A stretch of 64,000 nucleotides of DNA from the NCBI RefSeq assembly GCF_004010195.1, contig NC_057727.1:47813506-47877505 (forward strand), given 5' to 3'. This document shows positions 12,827 through 25,799 of the stretch, in pieces. The first letter of the stretch is position 1. Every line of letters starts with the position of its first letter. The stretch is from Chiloscyllium plagiosum (Eukaryota). The notes under the pieces are model-generated. The model was not told the DNA's origin, did no database searches, and was given only the letters and a program-made list of their open reading frames with translations. Made by a program: the position numbers and the translations under genes.

Positions 12827-14041
12827 AATCAGACTGGATCCTGGAATGAAGAGATTGTCTGTCTGTTATACATATGAACTGAATAAAGATACCTTTCCCA
12901 ATGGAGAAGAGTATGACCTAAATATCCTTGAGATGGTGTTAGTTAATCTTGGTTAGACTTGTTGATAGTATTTCCATGTTTACTGAAAACCTCTGATTAA
13001 CATGGGCAATCCTCAATTGCCACAATATTTACTGACCTGAAAGTCACTGCATTTAACCACATTATTTATAACACATATTTTCACAGAAACCAATGTAATT
13101 GTTCGGGTTATGTTCCCGGAATATCTAACAAGTACAGAATGCAAGTACAAAGCTAATATAAAACAACAAAATGGATGTGAATATACGGAATTAAAAAAAA
13201 CTTTTCATATTTCTTGCAGCAAATACAAGATTGCTTATCTGGTGGTGGAAAGCAGCTAACAATTTTGAAATATTTATACAGCCTTAATTGTGGCAGTTAA
13301 TGAGTAAAGTGAGTTGAACAGGAACTTACTGAGGAGTGCAATGTTTTAGTACACATTTATTCCTCAACAGTGTTAGGTACTAACCACTATTCCACCAGTC
13401 AGGCATGTATTTTATCAATCATCGCCAATGTCCCCTCCAGTAGCTGCAAGTGTGCATTGCCACTTTGAGGGTCTGTAAAGACCATTAGTGTGCTGGTGCA
13501 TTTGCAGCATTGACTTCTGATTCTAGAGCTCAGTGCTGTGTATGGTCCTCAGAGGATTCTGTAGAAGAAAAAAAATGACAGGAATGCTGGTAATGGCAGT
13601 AAAGTAAAAATTATATTGTGGCAAAGTGCTAATTGTGGACTACCTGCAGTTCATTATCCTTTATAGCTTTTGCAGATAGAGATATTTTAACTTTCCAATG
13701 TACTCTCCTGAAGGAACTGACTCAAGCTAAGTCTGGTTTCATTCATAGGTATCCAAGACATGAGTTAGGTTTTTCCATTGTTAGGCTAAGTATTGTTTTT
13801 GGGACTTTTCATGATTCGCGCCCTATCATGATTCACAGCAACTTTGCTCATACCTTTTTCTGCTCCTCATCTTGTTTGTTATGCATCTAGCATCGTTGGC
13901 ATCCTCTCATATAATCATGCAGCAAAAGGGGAGACATTGCTGCTGCTGGGACCCTCCAGTATATGAACCATTAGCATCATATTTAAATCCCAGGTGCACA
14001 TCACTTCAGAGCTCACGTGCTGTTCTCTTGGGAAAACTGAA

Positions 14042-14274
14042 ATGTCCGAAAAAGGGAAGCTTATACCTGGCTTTCCAGATAGAGACCTGTAGGTCCTGCT
14101 AGGAGAGTGATCAAGAGGAGGGTCATGTCTAACTGTGGACCACCAGAGAATCTCAAGGCACCAAACGCAGCTAACCTGGTTACAGACAGAGGTTTAGGTC
14201 CATGATGTCTTCAGGGTCAGACAGAATGAGTAGCAATTCAGGAAAATAGTCAATGATTTTCTGTGCTACACAAG
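14042..14274 (+). pseudogene. Myb/SANT-like (trihelix) DNA-binding ORF relic, Harbinger-type
   Basis: MSEKGKLIPGFPDRDL*VLLGE...RKIVNDFL; homologous to the copy at 22452. Confidence 0.7.
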
Positions 14275-15386
14275 GCTATGTGCCACCTTCTCTTCTCTGC
14301 TACCTCACATTAATTTTAGTTCTGTCACTGCACACGAACCCCATCAACACCCATGGACTACCCACCTCACTACTGCATACAGCACTTCAACTCAATGTGT
14401 CTCACAAGCTTCATCCTCCATATCTAACCCTTTTTGCACTCTGCTAAAATGTTGTGCAATCCACAGAGCCTGGCAGCCTCTAAGTAAGCACAAAGTGAGA
14501 GAGTGCAAAGAAATGAAGCTAAGAGCCATAAGATGCAAGAGATAGTTGGATATGGTTCTAAGCACAGTGACCTGGCAGGAGCATGCAATCCAAAGGTATC
14601 CTTAGCTCCATAGTAGAGCCCTGAAGGGTTAAAGTAGATATTGAGTCAGTCTGAGGTCAGCTATGATCATGTCATGAGGCTGGTAGTTTGACTGTGCTGA
14701 TTTAAGTGATCAATGGGTGGAGGATCTGGCTGGGCATGGAGCATGCAATGTAATATTGAGTGAAATATGAGCCTTAAACTGGAGCCCTGGAGAAGTGAGC
14801 AATGATCTGCTTCCACTAGGCAACTGCTCTGACTTTCAAGTCAGGAATTGTCAAAGTCTTGTTTCCTGGGGGAGGAGGGGAGAATTGCAAGCTGCATAGA
14901 AATGATACAAGATTAGCCAAACTGAAATGGAAATGCAGGGAAATAAGGTAGTCACTGTTCATTAGCCAGATTTAGCACCCAGCATTGAAACTTAAGAGGA
15001 AAGTCAGCACTTCTTCTCAATGTCAAGATTCAGATTTTTTTCAACCTCACCATATTTTTCCACAGTGCCCACACCAATTAAGCGCTAGGAAAACATCATT
15101 ATTGATAGTCTTTCTTCACATTTCCATCTAAGGAATAAGTACTAATGAACTATTTGACAATTGGGTGCATCACAAGTTGGCTAAACACAGTCCTCATTTC
15201 AAGCCTAGATGTGTATGTTTCCATTGTCACATAAACAAGTGGAACAATTATGCTATTTTCTATTTTTAAATCCAAGCATTTGATGCCATTTGCAGTGTTC
15301 TTTCTGCTCCTTTAGACAAAATGAGTATATTCAGTTTTAGCCATAGTCTCTACTCTGCTCTTTCTTGGTCTAACTTGCTTGATATT

Positions 15387-15493
15387 TTTCTAATCAAACT
15401 ATTCAGTGGTGTTATTACACAGGTGCAGGTGGGGCTTGAACCAAGTCATCCTATCTCAGAGGTAGACACACTACCACTGCACCACAAGAGCCC
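15387..15493 (-). mobile_element. ~110-bp tRNA-derived short SINE-like element
   Basis: Minus strand GGGCTCTTGTGGTGCAGTGGTAG (A box)...GGTTCAAGCCC (B box)...GATTAGAAAAA; second copy at 54091. Confidence 0.7.
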
Positions 15494-15733
15494 AGAACTT
15501 GATACATTTATTCAATTAGATTTGTGTGTTGAGTTGAGGGGTGTTCCAGAAATGCTTATTCACTTGAAAGTATTTAAAGCTATTACAATACTTTATATTA
15601 AAATAACAATTGACACAAATAACAGACTTATTTATTGGCGAATATCCACGATGTGGCTAACAGCAATATTAGTATCTCACTGAAAAATTCACAACTGAAA
15701 TACATGGAGATGTGTTCTTACTTTAATTAACAG

Positions 15734-15788
15734 ACAAATACGTATTAAAGTCTTCAGAAGAGATTAGGGTTTGTCCATTACAGTATAA
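15734..15788 (+). CDS. Candidate small exon (KYVLKSSEEIRVCPLQY)
   Basis: ctttaattaacag acceptor, AA|gtaatg donor, open frame, phase 1 to 2. Confidence 0.2.
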
Positions 15789-16014
15789 GTAATGATTTTC
15801 TAATGATTTGATCATTCTTACAATCCGTGAAACGATGTCACTGACACTGAAAATCAACTTCAAGATGTATGCTGTCTTAATCTCAATCTAAATGATTGCT
15901 AGTGATATAATTTTCGTTCCTTTACTTTTTTTTCTTTCTGTCTCTTTTATTGCTTCCTTCATCACATTTTTTGATCTCTATTTTATTTTCTGCAGTCAAT
16001 TTAACATTGAAGTA

Positions 16015-16231
16015 CAGGTCATTCTGCTATAGTATGTTTTGTTAACGCAAATTCACTATAACGCAAATGATGAATTGGGGACACTGTTTTTAAAGTGCAA
16101 ACTTTTAAAGCATGTATTGGTTATAACATGATTCTAGCCCCATTAGTTTAAATGGTGCTGCTATTACATGATTTTCTTATTATACGGGATTGCATGAGAA
16201 CGAAACTATCGCGTTATAGTAGAACTGACTG
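16015..16231. mobile_element. Tc1/mariner-type MITE (Tigger/MER6-like)
   Basis: TA on both sides; imperfect TIRs CAGGTCATTCTGCTATA / TATAGTAGAACTGACTG; repeated internal TATAAC motifs. Confidence 0.8.
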
Positions 16232-17829
16232 TAACTGTTTAAAGAAATACATCCTAGTTCAGACTCTGTGCTTCTCATTAATGATGCTTCATTAGTTAAA
16301 GAGACACACAGTTGTTTGCTCTGTTCACACAGGTTCTACATGCACTACAAAAGGGGGCTGCACTTGATAATTGGTTAACGGGAACACTCACTGAAATCGA
16401 CAAGAAAGTGCAAGTGTAATAAATGTTTGGCACTGTTTACTGCTCACTGCAGAATCCATCTCAGTAACTTGAAGTTATAAATTGAAAATCTCCCCATCTA
16501 TCTTGTTTCCAGAAAAAAAAGTTGAAATGATAGATATTATTAAAATTAGCGGATTGAAGCATATGAAATATCAAATACCATAGAATATGATGTTAAACAT
16601 GTCTTGTTATGTTTATTTCATAACCACGAAATGTGAATCTCTAGTAGTAGCAAGCTGCACTGCCAAAAACCTATTCAACTATGAATCAGCAGATTGCAGA
16701 GGGTACTGTGAATTTTGTGCAATACTCTGAGCAATCTGGAAAAGATTCTTCTGTAAATTTTGATTGGCATGTTGTTCCATGGGAATTTTTTGTGCTCTGA
16801 CTAACCTAAAGGTGAGAATGAACAACATTGACTGATGGTTCTAAAAGGGAATAAATGGTTACTATAACATTACCTGTGAACTTAACAAGGTTTTGGAAAG
16901 TTCAAAGGCCATCTAAGTAGTAACATTGATTTATATCCTTGACAGTCTTCATTGCCCTTTTAACATCTGTGTGTTTTATATTGGATGCTATCTGTGAACA
17001 TTAACAATTGTTAAAATTAAAAAGATGAAGAATTTGTACTCTATTGCAATTTTTGTGCATACTGTTGTTTACATGATCAGCTGATGCAAATTCCACCCTT
17101 ATGGCTGAATGTAACAATTAATTATGTTGAGTGGTGCAGGACTGAAGAATAGCAACAGACTGTTTATTTAAATGGAAGTAGTTACCTACAGTTTGAAGAA
17201 AGTCAGTGCTTTTGTAAGGAAAGGCAATAAATTAACCTTCCCCTCAGCAGTTAAAGAACACAATATCCGAATAGCTCTACAGATGTGCAGTCTTCAAATT
17301 ATAGCCTTGTGCTGAAATATATAGACAAGGAACACTAACTATCAATGCAGAAAATATTAACCTCGAGAAAATCTAATTTTAGGATTTCATCTTAGAACAC
17401 CACATGACATCTATTTAAATGATCAATTGCCAAACATTTACCTGAGTACATTGCTGAATTGCTTATAATTCAGAGATAGATGTCCCTAGAGGCTGAAGAT
17501 AATCTGCAATAATTTTTATTCATTCAGTTGTATATTTATATAATTATTTATTACTTAAATTATAAGATTCCCATGCGACTATATTAAAGTTTTATTGATG
17601 TTGGTCATATGAATGTAATTAGCATACAACATTCTTGCTTGCAAAGATTACAGTCCGTCTATCGAGATATTTCTACTCAAGATTATTTACGAAAATAAAT
17701 TGCTCCTATGCTGTCCCAAAATATCTTGTTGTTGGAGATATGTTAATTTTTGGTTGAGGAGTGGGTGTTGGCACAAAGAGAAAAATAAGCTTTGGTTCTG
17801 GCAGGCGAAGAGATAAATATTTGCAAATA

Positions 17830-18237
17830 TCCGCCACAGTTCAATGGGCAGCACCATTGCCTCTGTGTTTGAGTTCCACTCTAGGATTTGATCTTGGTTG
17901 ACATACAGCAAAATTCTGAGGAAGTACTGTGCTGTTGGAATTGCTGCTTTTTGGGTGAGACGTTCAACAAAGACTGTTTATAATTTCAAATTGATGTAAA
18001 ATTCTCAAAACAAAAACAGGTGAGTTATCCCAATTACCCTAGCTAATATTTGTCTCTTGATAACAATAAGACAAAAACAAATTGGAATCACATTGCTGTT
18101 TGTTGTGTGCTCATTGTTAACCATGTTTCTTTTGTGAAGGTAATAGTGATACTTAAAGAAAAAGTACTTAATTTGCGAAAAAAAGAACTTTGTGATGTCC
18201 TGGGATTGTGAAAGACATTATATAAGTGGTACTTCTT
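17830..18237 (+). mobile_element. Old Deu-domain SINE (SacSINE1-like) with L2-type tail
   Basis: ctgaggaagtactgtgctgttggaattgctgctttttgggtgagacgttcaac resembles the Deu domain; tail ctttgtgatgtcctgggattgtgaaagacattatataagt. Confidence 0.7.
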
Positions 18238-19962
18238 ACATGTAATTCAGACTTTTTTGTGAACCTAAAGGATAATTCCTACCATTTTTGCAATCATTGC
18301 TGAAAAATGAAGGGTTTTCTCTTTACCTAATCCTCACCTACTTTGTGGTAATCCATGGTGGAACTTCATTTTGACAGATTTGTATAATTTAATCTTCCCC
18401 TTCTTTCAACATTCTTGCTTGCAAAGATGTAAGCTAAATTATTTTTTGATCATAATCATTACAATTCATGGGAAAGATGGGCAGTAAAAATAAGTAGAGA
18501 AATATAGATAACAAAATGTTTTAAAATGCTACATTTATGGCCAAATGAATCATTTTGCTCTAAAGAATGTTTGACATGAAACTATTCATTTAAATTGTAT
18601 CTACTTCAATTAAAAATTCTACATTAATTTGTGTCAGTATGTTATGCTCATAAGGCCAAGTAACCATGCTATTTCCGGAAGAGGCAATTTTGCACAGTAA
18701 ATAATCAGAACATCAAAAGCTATTTACATTTGAATGCAGCATTTAGATGTGACACTGTTTTGTTAAACGTGCTGTAGTAACTTTGAGCTGAGAAATGGAT
18801 TATGGGCACAGCAGTCTACATATGAAACAATCTCACTGATGAATTCAAGCTCATTGTAAGCACACTGTAAATGACACTGAAAGCTTCTTTTTACCCTTGC
18901 ACAATTTGAGAAAAGTTATGTCTTTTTCTTTGTCCTTTTAGATGCTGTATTCAATTGTAAATAGCTTTGGGTTCCTGATCTATTGCCTTGTAAAATCATT
19001 TTCCCACCGCATAACTGAAGATGCTTTTATGCTAAACCTATGATTCGGAAGAGGAATGCCAAAGAGATCTCTGCGTTGCTCATTCACAACTAGTGGTTCC
19101 AAGATGTGTTGGAAGCCATTTTGTAGAACACTACTTCTTGGCTTTACAATTCAGCCTTTAAATAAAGAACAGAGGCACAGACAATATAAAATGTTCCCAC
19201 TTAATTTCAGAGACATTGAATTTATTAGATTTAAAATGTGGCTGATATTGGAATATACATTGAATTGTACAGGTGAGACACATAGATACTGTGTACTCTG
19301 AGCATTTTGGCACTGACCTGTTTCACTACATTTGGCAGCTGTAGAAATAGGTCTTCAGATAATATGAAATATGGGTCTCTTTTGTTGTCAGCTAGAAGGA
19401 GCTTGGGAAATTTATTGGAGGAGTACAGCTTCCATAGGGCTGAGCTATGTAGAACACACAGTTAAGGCAAAAGCACATTTAGTTTGATTATGTTAACACA
19501 AAATGGAGGAAAATTATATGTTTGAATTTGAGATTTTTATGTTGTAAAACTACAGATGTATTAAATATGTTGCTCTCTGTAGCAGATCTGTCAAATGCAT
19601 TTACCCACTAAGTTAGGAAGGGAGGGAAAAGGCAAAAAAGTAAACTGCATCACCTCAAAATGATCACTATTATCAGGGTTTTTTTTTCTGATTTGCACTA
19701 ATATATTAAAGTTTACCACAAAATAATTATACATGTACAGTTAAAATCCTTTGTTTCTGTATACTAGAAAACATAATACAGTTTTAATTGGAAAGGGCAC
19801 TCCAGATTATATGTTAGAAGTTTTATATGACGTCATATTAGTTTAATGGAACTTTGCCTTAAAATATGATTGTACATATTTGGAAGTAACACAAACACAA
19901 TGGCAGATATTTATATGTTTTCAGTGTTCACCCCACATTGTCTCATTGCCTTCACTAAGTAT

Positions 19963-20760
19963 GGCTAGGATTCTCCATTGGGTTGGCATCCCCACAAACC
20001 ACTACCCATGCCCCCAACAGAAATGTTAAGAAGGAGCCTGCCCTTGCTCTGTCAGTTTGTCTTGCAGCCATTTAGCAGCCAGCATTAACTGACATGAGGT
20101 GGACCTTCTATACCATCTGTGAAAAAAAAATCTCCAAAAGCTTCTGGCCAATCATGAGGCTGAGGTAGTGTTCTGTCCTCCAAGGTGATATTCACAGGAC
20201 CTGAGCATCCTGGTAACAGGAGAGGTGTTGGGGAGGGACGTCTATGAATTTTACATTGGAGTCAGGGAAGCAAGCCCCGGAAAGTTGGATGGGTGGCCAC
20301 AGTGACTGGTCAGGAGGGGAGAGGAAATGCTGGGTTGAATGGGAGGAGAATGAGAGAGCTGGGGCAGGTCTGGGAAAGTCACATTGAGCTCAGGATGCAC
20401 ATAAAGGAAAGATTCACTCTGTTGCCCACCATCAGGCCCAGCAGTGAAGTTTGCCAGCATTCACAATTGGTGCACACCTACAATGTCTTGGTAAAAATTA
20501 TGGTGGGAGCAGGAATAAAATTTTAAGTGAACAATTATTGCCATTGGAGTCACATGTAGGCCAGACTAGGCAAAGATGGCAGATTCCTATGCCAGATGAC
20601 ATTAGTGGAACAGGTGGGTTTTTCCCAACAACAGATTCAAGGTCATCATTAGACTCTTACTTCCACAGTATTGTGCTCAATTTTATGCAACCCCACTCCC
20701 ACAACACCTCATCCCTGGAAGAGAGAGGGCTGAGTTTGGGTGTGAGATAAAATTCAGGCC
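19963..20760. mobile_element. Harbinger-like non-autonomous element(s) with a nested SINE fragment
   Basis: Imperfect terminal inverted motifs ggctaggattctcc / gataaaattcaggcc, followed by TAA. Confidence 0.35.
20530..20670 (-). mobile_element. MetaSINE-like fragment
   Basis: ggagtcacatgtaggccagac...gacattagtggaac is the antisense of the core at 21690-21760. Confidence 0.75.
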
Positions 20761-20890
20761 TAAGTTTCAGTATTGTTGGACTTCAGGTGGCCATGAAACA
20801 CAAAGTAATTATATTTCCAAACCCAATAGGCTGACTTAGTGACAGTGTTAGTGTTACCATTGTAATGTTTGTTGTCTTGAATTTTTTCAG

Positions 20891-20974
20891 GAAAGGATAC
20901 TCAAAAGCTTTGAAATCTCACATCGCGCAGCAAGAACTGAATAAAGTCTCAGCTACACTGAAGCAATCTTCAAA
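20891..20974 (+). CDS. Candidate 84-bp symmetric exon (KGYSKALKSHIAQQELNKVSATLKQSS)
   Basis: attttttcag acceptor, AA|gtaatg donor, length a multiple of 3, open frame, helical-looking peptide, retained CpGs in unique AT-rich DNA. Confidence 0.35.
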
Positions 20975-21521
20975 GTAATGTAATATGCATTATATTTTTT
21001 ACTAGCTGTTTCACACATTAATTTTAACCATTCATTTTCCCCAATGCCTTCACACCACAGATATAAGGAAATCACAAGAGCAATGAGATAATTATTTATA
21101 TTCAATTTGTTGCCCTTCTGTTACAGCATCAGCTGACTTGAGGCAAATAGATCACATACCATGGGTTTTTCTAATGTCTCCCTTGTGTCTCTTCCAAACT
21201 GATAAAACAGTCCCATTGCACTATTTGTTGATGTACTGAAAGATTATGCTAGTGTGTCTGTACACAACAATCCTTTGTTGTACAGTACTTAGATTTTTTT
21301 CCTTTTTGTAGTTTATTGACATAATGCTCAGATGAACACATAAATTCTAAAGCTGAGATTTTATTTTATATTTTGCTATTTTATTAAATATATAGTGGTC
21401 TTATACTTACAATTTTGGTTTTCAAAATAATTCCAGGCCCATTTGTAAATTAGGAACATGAACCGTAGTTGAATTAAGTTTCACCAATTGCTAAAAACAG
21501 TGCATTAATTAATGCTCCTAT

Positions 21522-21790
21522 GGGGAGGCAATGGGCTAGTGGTATTATTGCTGGACTATTAATCCAGAGAACCAGGTAATGTTCTGGGGACCTGGGCTCA
21601 AATCCTGCCACAGCAGATGGTGTAATTTGAACTCAGTAAAATCTTGAAGTAAGAGTTTAATGATGAATCTGTTGTTGGGAAAAGCCCACATGGTCCACTA
21701 ATGTCCTATGGCAAAGGAATCTACCATCCTTGCACAGTCTAGCCTACATGTGACTCCAGATCTACAACCTATCTCTGGGTAATTAGGGTA
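21522..21790 (+). mobile_element. tRNA-derived SINE, MetaSINE-like (SlmI/MER131-type core)
   Basis: Head GGAGGCAATGGGCTAGTGG...GGGCTCAAATCC; core ccactaatgtcc...ggaatctaccatccttgcacagtctagcctacatgtgactccaga. Confidence 0.75.
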
Positions 21791-21977
21791 GGTTGTGTGA
21801 GTGATTAGAGAATACAGAGGTCATGCAGGGTTTGTAGTGTTGAGGGAAACAGTGAGTAAGGAAGGATATTGCAAGCATTAGTGAGACTGGTGAAGCTTGA
21901 GTCTGATTGGAAGGGGGCATAGTAGTAGAGATGGACTGAGTGTGAGTTATCAAAGAGAAGATAGTGGGAAAATAGGT

Positions 21978-22205
21978 TGGCAGGGTGGAGAGAATCGTTG
22001 ACTTTCTTCCTACAGTGATGGGCATTCTTCCAGATAGCTGAGACTACTTTAATACTGATGTAAATCTAGGATGGGCCAGGCATGGTGTGATGTTGTGGCC
22101 TCCATTGCTGGTCCGGGGGGAAGAGGATAATCTGTATCTGCACAGCTTCAGGAGCTCCAGCTCCCTGGCCAAAAAGCAGGATAAAGATTTGCTCTGGTCC
22201 GTCAG
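21978..22205 (-). pseudogene. Myb/SANT-like ORF relic (frameshifted)
   Basis: DQSKSLSCFLARELELL / EAVQIQIILFPPDQQWRPQHHTMP / VSAIWKNAHHCRKKVNDSLHPA. Confidence 0.75.
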
Positions 22206-22451
22206 GTCTGGGGCAAATGGAGGTGCAGCTCCAGACAGACAGTGCTTGTCTGGGGATGGGGGTGAGGGGGGAGGGGTGCAATAGATTTTTAAAAATGGTG
22301 GGTGTAAAGGAATCCTGATGACTTCTGGGATATCCGCTGAGTAGAGAATTGTTCTGGTGAAATTTGGACCTAAACCCCAGCTATACATAATCTCAGATGC
22401 TGCTAGCCAAGATCTCTTACATCACAGTGCTCGGCTGTTATTGACCAGGAC

Positions 22452-23010
22452 GTGGTCCAGAAAGGAAAACTCGCTCCTCATTTTGCAAATAGAGACTCAG
22501 AGGTACCGCTGGTAGAAAGGACGGCTGTTCTATTTACTGAAAACTGCCAAAAGAGGCTATACCACTGGGCAGAGCCAGACTGGGCTCAAGAAGTGGCACA
22601 AATCAGACCAGTGTCCCAGGTAAAAAGAAACACCCAGCCGTGCAGGAACAAGATGTTGTGTGTGTCACAGCCTTCTCTATGCTACTGCACACTCAGAAAG
22701 CCAGCAGTCGCTCTAAATCTGACTCTGCACACACATCTCGCTCAGGCTCAAGGACTTCAACTCTGATTATTGCCTGAAGTCCACTCAGTGGTTCTCACCC
22801 AACTCATTCTCAACCCATCCTGCCCTATGTGCCTTCTCTTTTCCACCCTGATGTTGATGACATCACCTCTGCTACCCAGGAATCTCCATTAACTGCTCTT
22901 CTGTCCATGTCTATTGCACATTCCATCCATGGCCCTGCAGGAAAACATGTCTCAAAATTAGAGCAAGAGGACGAAGGTGGGTGGTGGGATGGTGGACAGA
23001 GGAGGAGAAA
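22452..23010 (+). pseudogene. Two-exon Myb/SANT-like gene relic, Harbinger-type
   Basis: VQKGKLAPHFANRDSEVPLVERTAVLF...DWAQEVAQ...RNTQPCRNKM; acceptor cctgcag at 22940, then ENMSQN*SKRTKVGGG. Confidence 0.75.
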
Positions 23011-23124
23011 ATGTGTGACTGTTCATGTGGGAGCATATAGACTTCCATGTGCAATCGGCCCAGAGAGCCTGATTGTGCTGTGCTGCTCGGCCATTAATAC
23101 CAACACTAGAATTTTAACACTAAT

Positions 23125-23270
23125 TTTTTGTGGGACATGAGCATTGTTGACTGACCAGCATTTATTACCTGTCCATCATTGCCTTTGAGCTGCCTTCTTG
23201 AACCATTGCAGTCCACCTGCTGTGGAACCCATTTTGCAGTTAGGAAGGGAATTACAAGATTTATTCTTAA
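23125..23270 (-). mobile_element. 3' end of the second CR1-like family
   Basis: Antisense of the tail at 30540-30645. Confidence 0.7.
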
Positions 23271-23591
23271 CCTGCAAAAGCTTTGATCCCTTTTACACAA
23301 TCCAGTTCCTCTCTTCTTTTATGCAGGAATTGTCACACCCAGTGAAATCTCACCAAGAAAAAGCCAGTGCTGGAGATCCTTGGTTTCAGCTGCACCTCTG
23401 AGGAGTACTCTGCTTGCTATAGATGGGGTGAAATAGAGCAGTACAAGCCTCTTCCTTTTGGAATGGACAGAAGGACAAGGAAAGGCATTCGGCAAAGCAA
23501 GACAGAAAAACATGGAGATGCTGTGAGCATCCGAATAGGGGCAAAGTGGATGAAAACTAAGAGGAAAAGCAAAGACACCTGAGAAGCACCC

Positions 23592-24052
23592 TAGCCAGGG
23601 TTGGAAGAATTGAGCTCCAGGGAGAGGCTGAACAGGCTGGGGCTGTTTTCCTTGGAGTGTCAGAGGCTGAGGGGTGGCCTCATAGAGGTTTATAAAATCA
23701 TGAGGGGCAAGGATAGGGTAAATAGACAAAGTCTGTTCCCTGGGGTTGGGGAGTCCAGAACTAGAGGGCATAGGTTTAGGGTGAGAGGGGAAAGATAGAA
23801 AAGAGGCAACTTTTTCACACAGAGGGTAGTGTGTGTATCGAATAAGTTGCCAGAGGAAGTGATGGAAACTGGTACAATTGCAACATTTAATAGACATTTG
23901 GATGGGTATATGACTAGGAAAGGTTTAGAGGGAGATGGGCCAAGTGCTGGCAAATGGGACTAGATTAGGTGAGGATATCTGGTCGGCATGGATGAGTTGG
24001 ACCGAAGGGTCTGTTTCCATACTGTACACCTCTATGACTGTCTGACTGTATG
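23592..24052 (+). mobile_element. HER1/CR1 LINE 3' end, 5'-truncated
   Basis: LSSRERLNRLGLFSLECQRLRGGLIEVYKIMRG...SRTRGHRF; 3' tail ...ctctatgactgtctgactgtatga. Confidence 0.95.
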
Positions 24053-24579
24053 ATCGGATCCATGCTTGTCCCTGCTGAGTGATCTGGCAACAGCATTGTA
24101 ATGAAAGGTGTCAATGCACTCCAAAGAGCAGCACCACTTGGGTACATGGGCTGAGATGTCCCATGAAGAGGGTGATAAGGCTAATAATTGTTCAATGTCA
24201 ATGTCTGTGAGGGGGGTTGGTGGCATCCATTGAGCGTGACCTGTGATGTTAGTCACTGGTGACTGAAGGGCCAGAGGAGCAAGCGGTGAGCTGGAGTCTG
24301 CAGATAACCACTCTGACTTACATGTCATCAATTGTTCTCATCTACATTCTTTAAGGGTGTGGGAAAATGGGAAGCTGCACATCAATGAGGTGAAGTTAAC
24401 TAATAAGCATGCTGGTCACCATGCCTCACCACTCACAAGAAAGATTCTTGTCTTGCCTTTCAACAGTAAGTTGGAGAATGGAATTTTCTGCTCTCGGTGT
24501 TGGAAATCACCTGATGTTGTTCTCATCTGATTTTCCCAACTTTCTCACTGATGCCCACGCTGTGGCTGGGAAGATTCTG

Positions 24580-24955
24580 CCCTTTCCAGCAGTCTTTGCA
24601 GAGGAAGGCTCAAGATGTCTTCTTGAAATAGATCCAAGCATTTAGTGAGAACATGGAACTGAAGGAAATTAGCATTACTGGAAAAAATAGTATTGAAGAA
24701 ATTATTGAGATTGAAGATTGACAGATCCCTGGACCTGATGGCATTCGTACCAGAATGTTGGAAGGGATGGCTACAAAGGTAATGGATTTACTGATGATGT
24801 TCCATCAAAATTCCATCAATTCCACAATGGTGCCTGTGGGTTTGAAGTTTGTAAATACAATTGAATGTTTAAGAAAGGAAGAAAAGAGAAAACAGTTAAC
24901 TACAAACCTGAGATCCTATCGTTAGTAGTGGGCAAAATCCGAGAATCTATTGTGA
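24580..24955 (+). mobile_element. Old CR1 ORF2 fragment
   Basis: PGPDGIRTR and FKKGRKEKTVNYKP..LSLVVGKIRESI motifs. Confidence 0.8.
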
Positions 24956-25317
24956 TTGTTAGGCTCCCAGCCTATGGTAATACTGGTCAAATCAAAACAA
25001 AACCTGGCTTGATGGACCTGAAGTTTTATTTTTGCAATTGGGTTGCCTTAGTGGCCAGTCACTGAACATATTTATGCAAAGTTACTAGTGTACTTTCAAT
25101 AAAAGAATATAAGTTTATCACACAAAAAAGAAGAAAAATATCAAAAGGCTACATATATTGGATGATTTGTAACTATCTTTTAACCACCAAAGAGAAAGAT
25201 TCAGCCCCATTACCCAGTAATATCCTTTACAGATACTCAACCTCAGAATAATTACCACTCCTAGTTTCACTTTAAATTTTCTAACTCAACTGATGTCCCA
25301 TTTCTTCTTGGTGATTT

Positions 25318-25590
25318 TCTTTTTGGTTTGCTCATGGGACATGGACTTTGCTGGCTGTTCTAACATTTATTGCCTACCCCTAGTTGCCCTTGAGAAGGTG
25401 CCGCTGAACTGCCTTCTTGAACTGCTAGAGTGCATGTCTGTGGGTAGACTCACAATTCCGTTGGGCAGAGGATTCCAGATTTTGACCCAATGATAAGTGA
25501 AGGAACAGTGATATTTTCCAAGTCAGGATGGTGAGTAGTTTGGACGGGAATTTGCAGGCAATGTTGTTTCCATACTTTTGTAAGCATTCA
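25318..25590 (-). mobile_element. 3' end of the second CR1-like family
   Basis: catttattgcctacccctagttgcccttgagaaggtg..., the antisense tail. Confidence 0.8.
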
Positions 25591-25799
25591 CCTAATCTGA
25601 TTCTCTTCCCCCGTGACATACAGACCCAGCCTAACTCACTGACTTTCCTTTCTCAACTCTAAGAGAAGTTTATGGCTTTTTCTAGGCCTGTGTACCTGGT
25701 CTTCTAAAGCAGCTTAAGAGTTTTTATCCAGCTCAGATGACAAGGACACTGCCAAACCTAAAATTACGCTCTTGCCGATATACATCTCTTTTTCTGAAT

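Larger units (their letters stand above)
9690..12860 (+). mobile_element. Old CR1 ORF2 (RT region) broken by four younger insertions
   Basis: Colinear decayed CR1 motifs: KSPGLD (~10475), FQKTIAKV (~10870), FKFAAD (~11440), WQTQYNVSKCDVIHFGR (~12325), LVSPHLE (~12580). Confidence 0.8.

Noticed and set aside
24957-25790. Possible solo LTR interrupting a CR1
   Set aside because: No clear TG..CA ends, TSD or second copy could be verified by eye
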